In this document: positions 26,466-40,350 of the stretch, one piece after another
Position numbering within the stretch: the stretch's first letter is position 1
Layout: each line of letters starts with the position of its first letter
From: Eledone cirrhosa
Lineage: Eukaryota
Direction of reading: 5' to 3'
Assembly: GCA_964016885.1 (NCBI GenBank)
Contig: OZ024742.1
Span: forward strand, 1 to 64,000
Length of the DNA: 64,000 nucleotides
Made by a program: the position numbers and the translations under genes
Notes under the pieces: model-generated
The model's input: only the letters and a program-made list of their open reading frames with translations
Database searches by the model: none
What the model was told of the DNA's origin: nothing

Positions 26466-29400
26466 TCAGGCCATTTTTGCCACATTCACCCACCTTTCAG
26501 TAAATTTACTGGGGTGCTGTGCCTCTCTCTCCACTCTGATTCTCCTTCTAAAGTGGTATCTAAAGAAGGGAATGAGTTGCTGTCCGGAGAGAAAGGCATC
26601 TGTCCTCAGTCCTCTCAATTTCGTCCACCATATAACCTCTTTCACCATAGCCACTATACAGAGGAAAACCGCCTCTCTTTCGTTTTTGAAAGAAATTGGC
26701 GGTTTTATGCTTACTATGGACTCGGCAGTCAACTGGAATTGTCCCATACGCGACAGCAGTTGTTCCGCGTAGTTCCACAGGTCGGTTACGCCCGGGCTGT
26801 GTACAATTGCGTGCAGGATGGTTTCAATGTCCTGCTCGCATCTTGGAGACGTCCTCTTGGAAGGATCCCTACCGGGGCGTCCGTGCCTGTAGATCTTGTC
26901 TCGAACTGGTAGAGCTCCTCGGTAGCACTGCCAGGCCAGGGACCTCTGGAAGTTGTCCATGGGTCCCGGGCGGAAAGTCCTACCAAACAGACTGGTGAGT
27001 TCGTCGTCTTCGACGCTTAGAGTCTCTCCGAGCACGTCGTCGCCCTTGTGACGTACTAACCCTCTATAGAATGTCGAAGTGGAGCCTCCACTGATTGCCG
27101 TGCCCGCTTGCCAGAGGACTGTGAGCGCCTGAGCGCATTCAATGTGCCAGGCACCCATTTTCTTCGGTCTTCGCTTGACCCAGGACTGCAGCTCCGTCAG
27201 CGAGACAAGTTGCAGGAAGGCCTGTCTCACAAACGGTGCCCACATCGGTTGGGGGTCGGTGAGGAATACCTGTAGATGCTGTAGCCTCAGCGCATGCTTG
27301 CGCATCATCAGCCACGGCATTCCCAGCCCTCCGTTGGAAGGGTGCTGACAGCAGACGGATCTCCTCACCAGTGGAGTCTGCTTCTTCCAAAGGAACTGGA
27401 AGAACATGCGTTCCATCTTGGTGAGGTGTTCACGGGAACAAGGCACGACGGTCAAGCGGTAGTAGATGACGGACGCTGTGAAAGTGTTCGCCATCTCCGC
27501 TCGACCTTTCAAGGATAGTTTGCACTCTGCCCATTTCTGGGTGAGCGCAAATACCTTGGCCGTGACCTCATTCCAGTTTTTCTCCACCTGGAGGTCTGGA
27601 CCGAACCAGACTCCGAGCAATCTCACCGGTCCGTCCGTCCAGCGTCCGACGACGCTGTCAGACGGCATCGGTTTACCTCTCCACGTTCCGAGTTGCAAAC
27701 CGACAGGCTTGTCCGGGTTCAGTTTTGCTCCTGTGAGCCTTTCATATTCCTGCAGTAAGTTGCCGATTGCTCCGATTTCGGAGGCTTCCGACACCATTAC
27801 CGACACGTCGTCGACATAAGCCGACGCCACTTTTCGCAGTTCCGGTTCCAACGGAATGCCCTGCAGTAGCTCCAGCTTCCGCAGTAGTGGCTCTAGTGTC
27901 AGTACGTACGGAATAGAGGAGAGAGGGCATGCCGGCCGGATGGAACGCGTGATTGCGAACGACTCCGATAGGTAGCCGTTGACCTTGACCATCGAGCAGA
28001 TGTTGGTGTGCATTGCGGCGATCCAGCCTCTGAAGACGGGTCCGAAACCGGCCACCTTGAGAACCTCTTCCAAGTATCGATGGTCGACCCTATCGAACGC
28101 CTTAGCCTGATCTAAATTGATCAGAGCCCCACCAAAGCCGGGTTTACACCCCACCCTCTCTATGATGTATCGCATGAGGTGGAGGTTGTCGTGTATGGAC
28201 CTGGTCGAGATTGCACACGTTTGCGCTTTCCGTAACAGGTTCTCGACGACAACCTCGTTGCCAACACCTTGGCCAAAATCTTTAACTCTGTGTTGAGCAG
28301 AGTTATGGGCCTAAAGTTGCTTAGTTTGTCCCCCTTGTTCTCGTCTTTCCTGATCAGCTTTACTACACCCCTGCCTGCAGAACTGGGAATTCTCCCGTTC
28401 TGCTGCCAGTTGCAGTAGACGGCCTCAAGGATGCCAGAGAACAAGTCCGGCATGCTTATGTAAAACTCATAGGGTAGACCATCTAGACCGGGTGATTTGC
28501 GTTTCCCGCACCGGCCCAAAGCGTCCCGTATCTCAGTGGATGTGATCGGTCTTTCGCAGAACTCGGCGTCCATGCTCGAGAGGCGCGACAGGCCGTCGAG
28601 GTATGAACCGAAGTCCATTGCCCCGTTCGACGCACCGCCACTCTGCCCGAATAGTTGCGCAAAGTGCCGCTGAAAGGCCGCGCACATCCGCTTGGGGTCA
28701 AGTAGCACGCGTCCGTTTTGGTCTTTCAAAGACCGAATCGTGGACTTGTTGCCACTTTTCGCCTCTGCCACTCGGGCCCAGCTAACAGCCTTCGCTCCCT
28801 CGTTTCCTAGAGCACGTGATTTACTTCTGACCACGCAGCCTTTGTGTTTCGCGTCGAAGAACTGGTCCAGTGCCCTTCTCGTTGCTAGCACTCTAGCTAC
28901 GTTGCCACTCCTAAGCGCCTCCTCTACTTTGGCTACTAGTTCCGTTTCTGTTTTGTTTCTCTCTAAGGCTAACTCTCTCCTAAAGTCTATCGACTCTACT
29001 CTAATTGCTTTCTTGAGGGAGTACCACCATCTGTTGTTGACGATGGATCCCGTCAATTGTTGCTTAACTAATCTACTTATCCGTTCACTGTAGGCTTTAC
29101 GTATCGGTAGCGACATGTTCAGCTTCCAGTATCTGGGTCCTTGTCTATGTATTCTATCACGGTTGACTATGCAGATGACTAGTTTGTGGTCTGAATAGGC
29201 AACCATGTGCATTTGTGGACAGCTTAACATTTTCTTGTCCTCTCTAATGAAAAACCTATCTAAATACGATCTAGATGTCTCGCTGCGGTTTGCCCACGTC
29301 CACTGTGGTGCAGTCGGGGAATATAGTCGATATCTGTCGACCAGTTGAAATTGGCCGATTAGATTGTTTAGGCTGTTGCACCCCCCTCTACTGGGACATG

Positions 29401-29869
29401 CTCCCACATAGTACCATCGTGCATATAGGATACCATTCCAGTCCCCCACTAAAAATAAGGAGCGAGATGTTCCCAGAAAAGACTCTAGACGCTTAAAGAA
29501 GTCTGGCTGCGATTGTGATTGCCCGGTCGGGGCATAAACGGTCACCAGTCTGAAGGCTCCACCTCCAATACTCTTCACGTCTAGGACTACCAGTCTACCC
29601 TCCGGGTCCAAGTGTATTTGCTGTACTTCAACGTCCAGGTTCTTCCGAAACATGACAGTCACTCCACCCCCACCTCCTGGCTGACAGAGAGAAACGTAGA
29701 TCTCAAAGTCGTCGAAGATGGGGGTTAGTTGCTGCTTGTTGTGGATCCTGGACTCGGTGATGGCTATCACATCCATACCGTGTGAGCTAAGGTCGTTTAA
29801 AAGTTGGCCCTGTTTCCAGGGCATCCCTAGGTCACGCAAATTCAAGCTTCCAACTCGTAAACTAGCCAT
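26466..29869 (-). pseudogene. LINE ORF2 (APE endonuclease, reverse transcriptase, C-terminal zinc finger), frameshifted near 28.2 kb
   Basis: SLNLRDL, ITESR, GDWN, SYLDR, SDH; SPGLDG, NFRPITLLNTELKILAK, LDQAKAFDRVDH, CPLS, YVDD; PRC..ET..H. Confidence 0.92.
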
Positions 29870-29911
29870 GTTGGTGGAGAAGAGTTGGCGAAAAAGGACG
29901 AAAAGGTGCAC

Positions 29912-31542
29912 TTACCTTTTCGGTTCCTGGAGATCGGGTTGTTCAATCTCCATTTGGGTGATGGAGGTGGTGTTGGGTGGGTGGGAAACATTTTAACCGG
30001 ACGCGGTTGATGAGTTTCTGGCAGGGGTTGCCCACGTCCTGCGAAAATTTATTCTTCAGGTCATTATAGGTCTCCATAGAAATCCTTATAAGTTTAAGGT
30101 GTGGGTAACGATTCTGCTTTAACGAAAGTTTTGCCCTCCATCTCTACCTTGGGGTTTTGGGAGATGACCTCCATCAAACTCTTGTTGTTTGTGTTTTTGT
30201 TGTGTTGTTATTGTTTGTTGTTCGTTCGGGAGTTTTCTTTTTATGGTGGGTGCTTGTGTTTGGGGTGGTGTTGGTGTTCGTTTTGCTGTGGTGTTGTTTG
30301 TGTTGTTGTTTGTGTCTGTGGTTGTGTGTTGGTATTGGTGATTAGGGGTTTTGTGGTGTCTCTTTTTTTGTTTTTTGGATTTCCGAGGCTCTCCTTCTTC
30401 ACTTAAAGAAAGAGAAGCAGCCTCATCTGTTAATGAATAACCATCGTCAGGAGTGTGGGGTATTGGTATGTTGTGTGGTGGTGGTGTTTCGGTGTGTGTG
30501 TTTGTAGTAGTGTTTGATGGAGTGGGATGGGGTGGGGCTGTGTCCTTCAGGGGTGTTTTTTCTGTTGTTGTTGGTTGAGTGGCTGTTTGTTTTGGTGTGT
30601 TTGCTTGTTTCGTGTGTTGTTGTTGTAGTGGTGGTGGTTGTGTTGGTGTTGGTAACAGTGTTTTCTTTTGGAATGGTTTTGTTTGGGCGTGTTTGTAAAG
30701 GGCAGGAGGCCTTTAGATGTGTGGTGCTATTACAACGAAAGCAATGTGGTTTTCGTCCCTCAACTGAAATGCTTATGTGGCTGTTGTTGTCCACCAGAAC
30801 TTTTTCGGGTATTTTGGAGATTCTCTCCGGGCTCATTTGCACCAGAATCTCCAAATTTGTACCAGACCACGTGTGTCTGGTTGACTTTTTGATGGAGAGA
30901 ATGGTGTCTTTTCCCTCCTCTAAAAATCCTGCCAATATCCACCAAATATTAATATTTGGTGGTATATTTGTAATCCTGATTTTTTCTGTCCTTTTTCCCA
31001 GTTATGTAGGGGAAAAGGTGTATTTTTTTACAGTATTGGCGTCACTGAGTATCTTTGTGCAAGGGCCTCGCTTTTAAAGAGTACCGAAATACACCCGTAC
31101 TGTTTGGCCCTCTGCATAAAGTCAATGTTTGGCAATATCTCCTTCAAGGTTGCTTCAATTTCCCCTTGACTAAGGAATACTGGTCGTTTTGTTTCATTCG
31201 AAACAGTTCTGAAGGTAACTGTCCTTCGAAATGTTTCAAGACGAAATTATGGGGGTGAGTTTATTTGAAACCCACCGTTTTCACCGAAAGTGATAAACTT
31301 CTTTGCTTCAGAGAGCATCTGTCTCGCATTGGAGATATCGAGATCCTTGAACTCTTGTTTGTTGATGACTGTTTGCGCAAAAGTTTTTTTTTTTTTGGTG
31401 TTGTTGTTATTGTTGTTGTTGTGGTTGTCGGTTTTTCGTTTGTTGTTGCGTCAATGGTTTTATTTTCTGTTGATTTTTCTGTTGCCTTTGGAGTTTGTTG
31501 TACACTGTGTGGTTCAATCTTGTTTTTATTTTTGTTGTCCAT
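29912..31542 (-). pseudogene. LINE ORF1 (gag-like, CCHC zinc knuckle, Thr/Asn-rich tracts), fragmented
   Basis: ORF pieces 30447-30935 (VEGRKPHCFRCNSTTHLKASC) and 31261-31542. Apparent end EPKR* at 29912. Confidence 0.75.
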
Positions 31543-31588
31543 ATTGACGCCAATACATGCGGAGTTTGAAGTAACGTTATTATTATTT

Positions 31589-31783
31589 GCGGTGGATTGG
31601 CAGTATCGGTAGAGGGTCGGACGCCATGCTTTCCAGCATAGTTACGTCCCTTTACGATCTGAGTTCAAATCCCGCCGAGGTTGACTTTACCTTTCAGCCT
31701 TACGGGGTCGATAAAATAAAGTACCAGTAATGAACTGGGTAATTGCTGGCCTTGTGCCTAAAGTAGAAACAGTTATTATTATT
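31589..31783 (+). mobile_element. tRNA-derived SINE inside LINE A ORF1 region
   Basis: A/B boxes and body match the other copies. Confidence 0.9.
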
Positions 31784-31815
31784 TGTGACTGTTTCTGTAA
31801 AAATTATTTTGTTGC

Positions 31816-31851
<36 letters not shown>

Positions 31852-32319
31852 CGGTTTTTCCGTTTGTAGTTGTGTCTATTGTTTCATTTTTTGTGGTTTT
31901 TTTGGTGTCTTTTGTAAGCTGTGTGGTCCATCTTGTAAGTTGCATTTTTCGGCTTCTTGGCAAAATTGTTGTCACTATTTGTCTCTTGTCTCCATAGTGA
32001 CGCCTATGGAGGCAGAAGTTACGGTAACGTTACTCTCTGCCTTTCTCTCTCTACTTTCTTCGTCAGCGTTCAGTAGCGTTGCTTCTACTAAGTTAGGCAT
32101 TATTGATAGCAAAAATATTAAATCTTTTGAAAATTTTTCAAATAAAATTTCCGCCCTGTGGGGCGAAAACTGAGATTACCACCCAGCTGAAAATTCAGCC
32201 TGGGTGGTAATCTATCAAACAATATAAATTTTCACACAATAAACTCTGTTTTTGTATAGAAAATTTTACAAAAACTTACCAACGATCTATCGCACGTCCG
32301 GTCGATAGATAGATAGATA

Positions 32320-35300
32320 ACTTTCTTTTTATTTGCCACCAGGGCGTCAAAGATTGGGACAAGTAAAATTGGGGGGAGTTTACATAAAAAGGCGTCCTCA
32401 ATAAGGAGGAGGCAATAACAAAATATAAAAATATAAAATATAAAATATAACAAAAGTAAATTGAATAACAAAATCCTCAATAGGGAGGAGGTGCCTTGGG
32501 GGGTCACACACACCCCCGAAAGAGTGTGCAACCCTTCTCCTCAGGAGCACAGAGAGAGGGTGCTCCCTTGAACTTTCATCTTTCTCACCTACAGTCTGAT
32601 CTAGAGTGAAGGCCCATTCACACGGGCCATTCCCGCCACTTTCACCCATCTTTCATAAAAACGGCTGGGGTGGAGCACCTCTCTCTCCATCCTGATCCTT
32701 CTTCCGAAATGATATCGGAAGAAACGGACCAGTTGTTGGCCAGAGAGAAAGGTGTCTGACCTCAGTCCTTTCAGACGCGTCCACCATACAACCTCTTTCA
32801 CCATGGCTATTACGCACAGAAACACCGCCTCTCCTTCGTTTTTGAAGAGGGGAGGCGGCTTGATCGTTACAATAGACTCGGTGGTCAACCGGATCGGTGC
32901 CACCCGTGACAGCAGTTGTTCGACATAGCCCCACAGATCGGCAATGCCCGAACAGTGTACCAATGCGTGTGCAACGGTTTCCTCGTCGCACACGCCTCTG
33001 GGACAGATCTTTTTCGAGGGGTCCCTACCCGGGCTCCCGTGTCTGTAGAGCCTTTCTCAAACGGGCAGAGCCCCTTGGTAGCATTGCCAGGCCAGGGACC
33101 TCTGGAAGTTATCCATAGGTCCCGGGCTGAATGTCCTACCGAACAGGTTTGCCAGTTCGTTTTCCTCCATGCCTAGGGCTTCTCCGAGGGCGTCGTCGCA
33201 CCTGCTAACCACCAGCCCTCTATATAATGACGAGGTGGATTTTCCACTGGCAGCCGGGTCCGCCTGCCAGAGAGCCGTGAGCGCCTGGGCACACTCGGTG
33301 TGCCAGGCGCCCAGTTTTCTCGGTCTTTGCTTGACCCAGGATAGCAGCTCGGTGAGCGAGACGAGTCTGGGAAAGGCTCGCCTCACAAACGGGGCCCACA
33401 CCGGTTGACCGGTGAGGAATACCTGGGGGTGCCGTAGCCTTAATGCGTGTTTACGCATCATCAGCCACGGCATCCCCAGCCCTCCTTTCGAAGGGTGTTG
33501 ACAGCAGATGGATCTCCTCACAATAGGAGCCCGCTTCTTCCAAAGGAATTGGTAGAGTGCGCGCTCCATTTTGGCTAGCGTTTCCCTTGGGCAAGGCACA
33601 ACGGCCAGGCGGTAGTAGATGACGGACGCTATATAAGTGTTCGCCACCTCCGCCCGACCTTTCAGGGATAGTTTGCACTCGGCCCACTTCTGGGTTAGTT
33701 CAAACACCCTGTTCGTTACCTCACCCCAGTTCTTCTCCACCTGGAGGTCTGGACCGAACCAGACCCCGAGCAACTTCACCGGGCCCTCCGTCCAGCTCCC
33801 GACGACGCCATCGGAGGGCATCGATTTGCTCCTCCACGTGTCGAGTTGCAGACCGATCGACTTGCCCCGGTTCAGCTTAGCCCCTTTAAACCTTTCGTAC
33901 TCCTCCAGTAAGGTGCCGATCGCCCCGATTTCCGAGGCGGTCGACACCATTACTGTTGCGTCATCGGCGTAGGCTGACACCGCTTTCCGCAATCCCAGTT
34001 CAAACGGGATGCCCTGCAACAACTCCAACTTCCGTAGCAGTGGCTCGAGGGCCAATACATACAGAAGGGAGGATGGACCGCGCGATTTCGAACGGCTCCG
34101 AGAGGTAGCCGTTCACTTTGACTCTAGAGCAGATGTGGCTGCTGTGCATGGCAGTGATCCAGCCCCTGAAAACGGATCCGAAACCTGCCGCCGCTAGCAC
34201 CACATCCAGGTAACTATGGTCGACCCTATCGAACGCCTTAGATTGAACCAAGTTGATCAGGGCCCCACCAAAACCAGGTTCGTTCCCAACCCTCTCTATG
34301 ATGTATCGTATAAGGTGGAGGTTGTCGTGGATGGACCTGGACGGGATAGTACATATCTGCGTATCTCCCATAAGGTTTCCCACGACAAGCGCCAACCTCT
34401 TTGCTAACACCTTGGCCAAAATCTTTAACTCTGCATTTAGCAGAGTTATGGGCCTGAAATTACTTATTTCGTCCCCTTGTTCTCGTCCTTCCTCACTAGC
34501 GAAACTACGCCCTTGGTCACAGAACAGGGAATTCTCCCGTTCTGTTGCCATTTGCAGTAGACGGCCTCGAGGAGATCGGGGAGCAAGTCCGGCATAGCTA
34601 AATATAGTTCGTATGGAAGACCATCAGGACCCGGGGATTTGCGTTTGCCGCATCAGCTCAGCACGTCCTCTATCTCAGCCGCTGAAATCGGCCCCTTGCA
34701 GGACTTCGCCTCCTCGTCCGAAAGAAGCGGCAAGCCGTCGAGGTATGGACCGAAGTCCATATCCCCACCTGGACCCCCACCCCTCCCGAACAATCGGGTA
34801 AAGTGCCTTTGAAAGGCCTCACACATCTGCTTAGGTTCAAGGATCATCCGTCCATCCTGATCTCGTAAAGACCGGATAGTGGATCTAATCCCTCTGTTGA
34901 CTTCTGTCACGTGGGCCCAGCTAACAGCTTTGGTCCCCTCGTTTCCTAGAGCACGTATTTTGCTTCGGACAACGCAGCCTTCGTGCTTCGCGTCAAAGAA
35001 CTGGCCCAAGGTCGTTCTTGACGCTAGCACTCTGGCCACGTCGCCGCTTCTAATTGCCTCTTCTACACTATCTACCAACTCCCTTTCCTTCCTATTTCTA
35101 TCTGAGGCTAACTCCTTACTAAATCCTATTGAAACTACTCTAATCTCTCTTTTGAGAGATCCCCACCACCTGCTGTTGACAATCGCTCCCGTCAACCGCT
35201 CCTTAACTAAGTACTAATCCCGTCCCTGTACACTTTACTTGCCGGTAGGGACAAGTTGAGTTTCCAGTAACCGGGTCCCTGTTTATGGTTTCTATCAAGG

Positions 35301-37914
35301 TTGAGTATGCAGGTCACTAATTTGTGATCCGAATAGCCAACCATGGGCATCTTTGGACAGCTTAAAAGTTCCCTATCCTTATTTCTAACTAGGACCCTAT
35401 CTAGGTACGACCTAGATGATCCGCTGAGGTTTGCCCAAGTCCAAGTTGGTGCAGTCGGAAAATCTAGTCGATATCTATCGGCCAGGTCAAATCGGCCGAT
35501 TAACTCCTTGAGGCTGTTACACACACGCCCCCTCCTCTATCGGGACATGCCCCTACATAGTCCCAACGTGCATCTAGGAAACCATTCCAGTCCCCCCCAC
35601 TAAAAGCAAGGAGCGGGACGTCCCTAGAAAAGTCTCCAGACGTTGAAAGAAATCCGGCCGCGCTGACCCAAAAGCGACCAGCCTAAAGGCTCCGCCTTCA
35701 CCACTGCCAACGTCTAAAACCACCAGTCGACCCTCCGGGTCCAGGTGTACCGTCTGTGCGGCGAGACCCAAATGTTTTTGCAGCAGAACGACAACCCCAC
35801 CCCCACCTCCGGGTTGACAGAGAGATGCGTGCATCTCGAAATCATCAAAGGTGGGGGCCAGCTGTCGCACGCTGCTGATCCTGTCCTCGCAAATGACCAT
35901 CACATTTATACAGCGTGACCTGAGGTCATTTAGAAGTTTTGCCACGCGCATTTAGACAAGCCACTCTCAATACAGCCATGTTGGTGGTAAAGAGAAAAAG
36001 GAGGCACCTACCTCTCTGCGTCCCGGGGACCAGGTCGCACAATTTCCATGGGTGTGGGGGAGGGGTTGTTGGGTGGGGTGGAGGTTTGTGGTAGAGTGGG
36101 GACATCAGTATGTGGTGGGGTTGGGGTGTTTGGAGTTGTATGGATGTTTGGGGAGGGGGTGGGGAATTTTTTTAGGAGGACGCGGTTAATGGGTCCGATG
36201 CAGGGGGGGGGGGCACGTCCTCTTTAAAATTGTCCTTTAACTTTAAAGTTTTGTATATGTCCCCTGGGACTTTTATCATTTTGAGGTGGGGGAAATCCCC
36301 TGCCTGGGTGAAGTTAGGCCCTTCGGTTTTTACCAAATTGTTATTATAAATAATGTTCAACAGTTTATTGTTTCTTGTGTTTATGTATGCATATTTTTGT
36401 TTTTGTGTGGTGTTTTTTGTTTGCTGTTGTTGTGTGTTCTTTTGTGTTGATGTCTGTGTTATGTTTTGAGGAGGGGTTGTTTTTATTTGTGTGTCTGAGG
36501 TGTGTTTTCTTTTCTTTCTTTTAACATTTTGGAAATGTTCCCCCTCGTCTGACGACGAACGGGGGTCGTCTTCCGTGTTGGAGGGGAGGGGTAAATTTTC
36601 GGGTAGTGTTTGCGGTGCGGGTGTTTTGGAAATTGTTTTTTGAGTGGGGGGATGGGTTGGACAGTGTTTTGTTTTGTGTTAACTTGTGGTTTTTGTTTTT
36701 GTAGTGGTGGTGGTGGTGATTGTGTTGGTTGTGTAGTTGTTGGTGGTGTGGGCAGAATTGGAGTGTTCTTTTTAAGTTGAGGACAAACAGCCCTCAGGTG
36801 ACCTCTAGTTCCACAGAGGTAACACGAGGGCCGCCTACCCTCAACGGTAATGTTTATAAAAGTTTGGTCATCCAGAATGACGCGTTCAGAGATCTAGGCG
36901 ATCCTTTCGGACCTCATTTGAACTAAAAGTTTGAGGCCCGTTCCACTAAACGCGTCACCCGATGCCTTTCCCATGGATATTAATATGTCATCGTTCAGGT
37001 CAAGAAAACCTGTTAACACCCACCATGTGTCCATAATTGGAATAATGGTGTGTATTTTTATTTTCTGCGTCATTCTACCCATGTACGTAGGGTAGAAGGT
37101 GTATGCGGTGGATGTAATAGGTTTTACCGAAAGTTGTTTTGCCGTGACCTGGTCCTTCATGAGAATGGATAGATAGACTCCCATAGAGTCTATCCTTCTG
37201 GATGAATATGATGTCTTTCGTTACATCTTTTAAGACCAGCTCTATCTCACTCTGTGATGGTTGAGCTGTTTTTTTTTTCGTTTTATTTAACACTGTCCTA
37301 AACATCACTGTGTTTAGGAGTCTTTGACTTTTTAGTTCGGGGGGGGGCGAAAATGATAAATTTTCCCCGTATACTATGTATTTTTTGGCTTCTGCCAGTA
37401 GCTCCTTAGCGTTGCTTATGTCTACTGGCAGGTATTCAAGGTTTTTTTTTCGCAGTTTGGGCAAAGGAAATCTTTTCCTTGTTCGTGGAGTTGTTCGTGT
37501 TGCTGTTGTTGGTGGTGTTGTTGTTATCATTGTTGCTGTTGTTCTTGTTGTTTTTGTTGTCATTATTGTTGTTGTTGTTGTTGTTGTTGTTGTTCTGGTT
37601 GGTGTTGTTTATATTTTGTATGTTATTGGTGTTTGTGTTAGTGTTGATGTTACAGTCAACGTTCGACATCGTGTTTTCAAAACTGACGACATTTTCGACG
37701 TCTTTCAATGAGGTGGTGAGAGGAGATGCGTGCGAGCTTAACACTCTTACCGCCTCTCCACCACTTCTAGTACTGGACGCAGCGTTCATGACTGAATGCA
37801 ACATTACAAATTTTTTTTCACCGAAGAAATTTTTTCAAACGAATATTTCACCCCATTTTTTATTTCTTACTTAGAAAAAAAATTACCAGCGAACTGGCAC
37901 ACATCTATCGAGGA
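32320..37914 (-). mobile_element. Tx1/L1-clade LINE copy B, near full length, multiply frameshifted (ORF2 ~32601-35979; ORF1 ~36008-37790)
   Basis: SYLDR/SDH, NFRPITLLNAELKILAK, KAFDRVDH and YADD spread across ORF fragments. Asn-rich ORF1. (TATC)n at the 3' end. Confidence 0.93.
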
Positions 37915-37930
37915 GATAGATAGATAGATA

Positions 37931-39982
37931 AATTTCTTTATTAGCCACAAGGGCACAAAAGAAGGGGACAAATACAAATGGGGAGTTTACATACAGGTAT
38001 ATGAAAATAAAACTATTAATACAATAACAAATAACAATTGAAATCCCCAATAGGGGGGAGGTGTTACACAGGGGTTGTACACATCCCGAAAAAATGTACA
38101 ACCCTCATCTCCAGGAGCACCAAGAGTGAGTACTCCCTTCCTTTCTTCCTCTTTTTCCTCAACCTACAGGCTTATATAGAGAGAAGGCCCAACCACTCGG
38201 GCCATCTTTGCCACATTCACCCACCTTTTATAAAATTTGCTGGGGTACAGCACCTCTCTCTCCGTTCTGATTCTTCTTCCAAAATGATATTTGAAAAAAC
38301 GAATCAGTTGCTCGCCGGAGAGAAAGGTGTCTGACCTCAGCCCTTTTAACCTCGTGCACCATATAACCTCTTTCACCATAGCCATAACACATAGGAAAAC
38401 CGCCTCTCCCTCGTTTTTGAAGGAGGGTGGCGGTTTGATCATGACAATGGACTCGGTGGTCAACTGGATTGGTCCCACCCGCGACAATAGTCGTTCTACA
38501 TAGCCCCACAGGTCGGTAACGCCCGGGCATTGTACCAATGCGTGTGCGACGGTTTCCTCGTCGCGCACGCATCTCGGACAGATCTTTTTCGAAGGGTCCC
38601 TATCCGGGCGCCCGTGTCTGTAGAGCTTGTCTCGAACTTGTAGAGCTCCTCGGTAGCACTGCCAGGCCAGGGACTTTTGGAAGTTGTCCATTGGTCCCGG
38701 GCGGAAGGTCCTACCGAACAGACTGGCCAGTTCGTCCTCCTCTACGCCTAGAGTTTCTCCGAGCGTGTCGTCGCATTTGCTGCGGACCAACCCTCTATAG
38801 AATGTCGAAGTGGAGTCTCCACTGATCGCCGGCTCCGTTTGCCAGAGGACTGTGAGCGCCTGAGCACATTCGATATGCCAGTCGCCCATTTTCTTCGGTC
38901 TTTGCTTGACCCAGGTCTGCAGCTCGGTCAGCGAGACGAGTCGTGGGAAGGCTCGCCTCACGAACGGAGCCCACACCGGTTGTCCGGTGAGGAATACGTG
39001 GAGGTGCCGAAGCCTGAGCGCGTGTTTGCGCATCGTCAGCCACGGCATCCCCAGCCCTCCGTTTGAAGGGTGTTGACAGCAGATGGATCTTCTCATCAAA
39101 GGAACCCGTTTCTTCCAAAGGAATTGGAAGAGCGCGCACTCCATTTTGGTGGGCGTTTTGGCTGGACAAGGCACAACGGTCAAGCGGTAGTAGATGACGG
39201 ACGCTATAAAAGTGTTCGCCACCTCCACTCGATCTTTCAGGGATTTGCACTCGGCCCACTTCTGGGTGAGCGCAAACACCTTGGCCGTCACCTCGTTCCA
39301 GTTCTTCTCCACCTGGTGGTCAGGACCAAACCAGACCCCGAGCAGCTTTACCGGTCCTTCCGTCCAGCGTCCGACGACGTCATCGGAAGGCATCGGTTTG
39401 CCTCTCCACGTTCCGAGTTGCAAACCGACGGATTTGTCCCGATTCAGCTTCGCTCCTGTGAACCTTTCCTATTCCTCCAGTAAGGTGCCGATCTCCCCGA
39501 TTTGCGAGGTGCTCGACACCATTACTGTCACGTCGTCGGCGCAGGCCGACGCCGCTTTTCGCAGTCCCGGTTCCAAAGGGATGCCCTGCAATAGCTCCAA
39601 CTTCCACAGTAGTGGCTCGAGAGTCAGTACGTACAGAAGGGAGGAGAGAGGGCATCCCTGTCGGATGGAGCGCGTGATATGGAACGGCTCCGAAAGGTAG
39701 CCGTTCACCTTGACCCTTGAGCAGTTGTTGATGTTGTGCATTGCAGCAATCTAGCCCCTGAACACGGGACCAAAGCCTGCCGCCTCGAGCACCGCATCCA
39801 GGTAACGATGGTCAACCCTATCGAAAGCCTTAGACTGATCCAAGTTGATCAGGGCCCCACCGAAGCCGGGTTTACACCCTACCCTCTCTATGATGTATCG
39901 CATGAAGCGGAGGTTGTCGTGTATGGAGCTGGTCGGGATTGCGAATGTCTGCGCTTCTCCCACCAGGTTTTCGACGACAAGT
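37931..39982 (-). mobile_element. Tx1/L1-clade LINE copy C, 5'-truncated inside RT
   Basis: LDQSKAFDRVDH, RQGCPLS, CADD, CPRC..ET..HAL..C. (GATA)n on both sides. Confidence 0.93.
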
Positions 39983-39993
39983 ATAGATAGATA

Positions 39994-40120
<127 letters not shown>

Positions 40121-40141
40121 GTCAGAGACTGGCAGAGGTGT

Positions 40142-40184
40142 ACAGTCCTGATGAAGGGTAATGACTCCGAAACATGTTGATTGT
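40142..40184 (+). ncRNA. Minimal type I hammerhead ribozyme in a short (TA)n-adjacent insert (~40119-40303)
   Basis: ACAGTC [CTGATGA] AGGGTAATGACTCC [GAAA] CATG [TT] GATTGT. Stem I is 6 bp and the stem III loop CATG is palindromic. Confidence 0.7.
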
Positions 40185-40350
40185 TCCTCAAAGCCAGTGT
40201 TGAATAAGCAGATGACGATCAGTCATCGGCACGGCACAGCTTCAAATCGGACCGTTTGTTTACAAACGGATCGAACATTATTATTAATGTTTGATATAAC
40301 CCATACATATATATGTATATATATATGTGTGTGTGTATGTATATATATAA

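Larger units (their letters stand above)
26210..32303 (-). mobile_element. Tx1/L1-clade LINE copy A, near full length, decayed
   Basis: ORF1 with zinc knuckle CFRCNSTTHLKASC and ORF2 with APE plus RT. AATAAA precedes a (TATC)n end. Confidence 0.93.

Noticed and set aside
26386-39990. Plus-strand ORFs overlapping the LINEs
   Set aside because: Antisense shadows of GC-rich ORF2 or of (GTT)n tracts, with no recognisable motifs.
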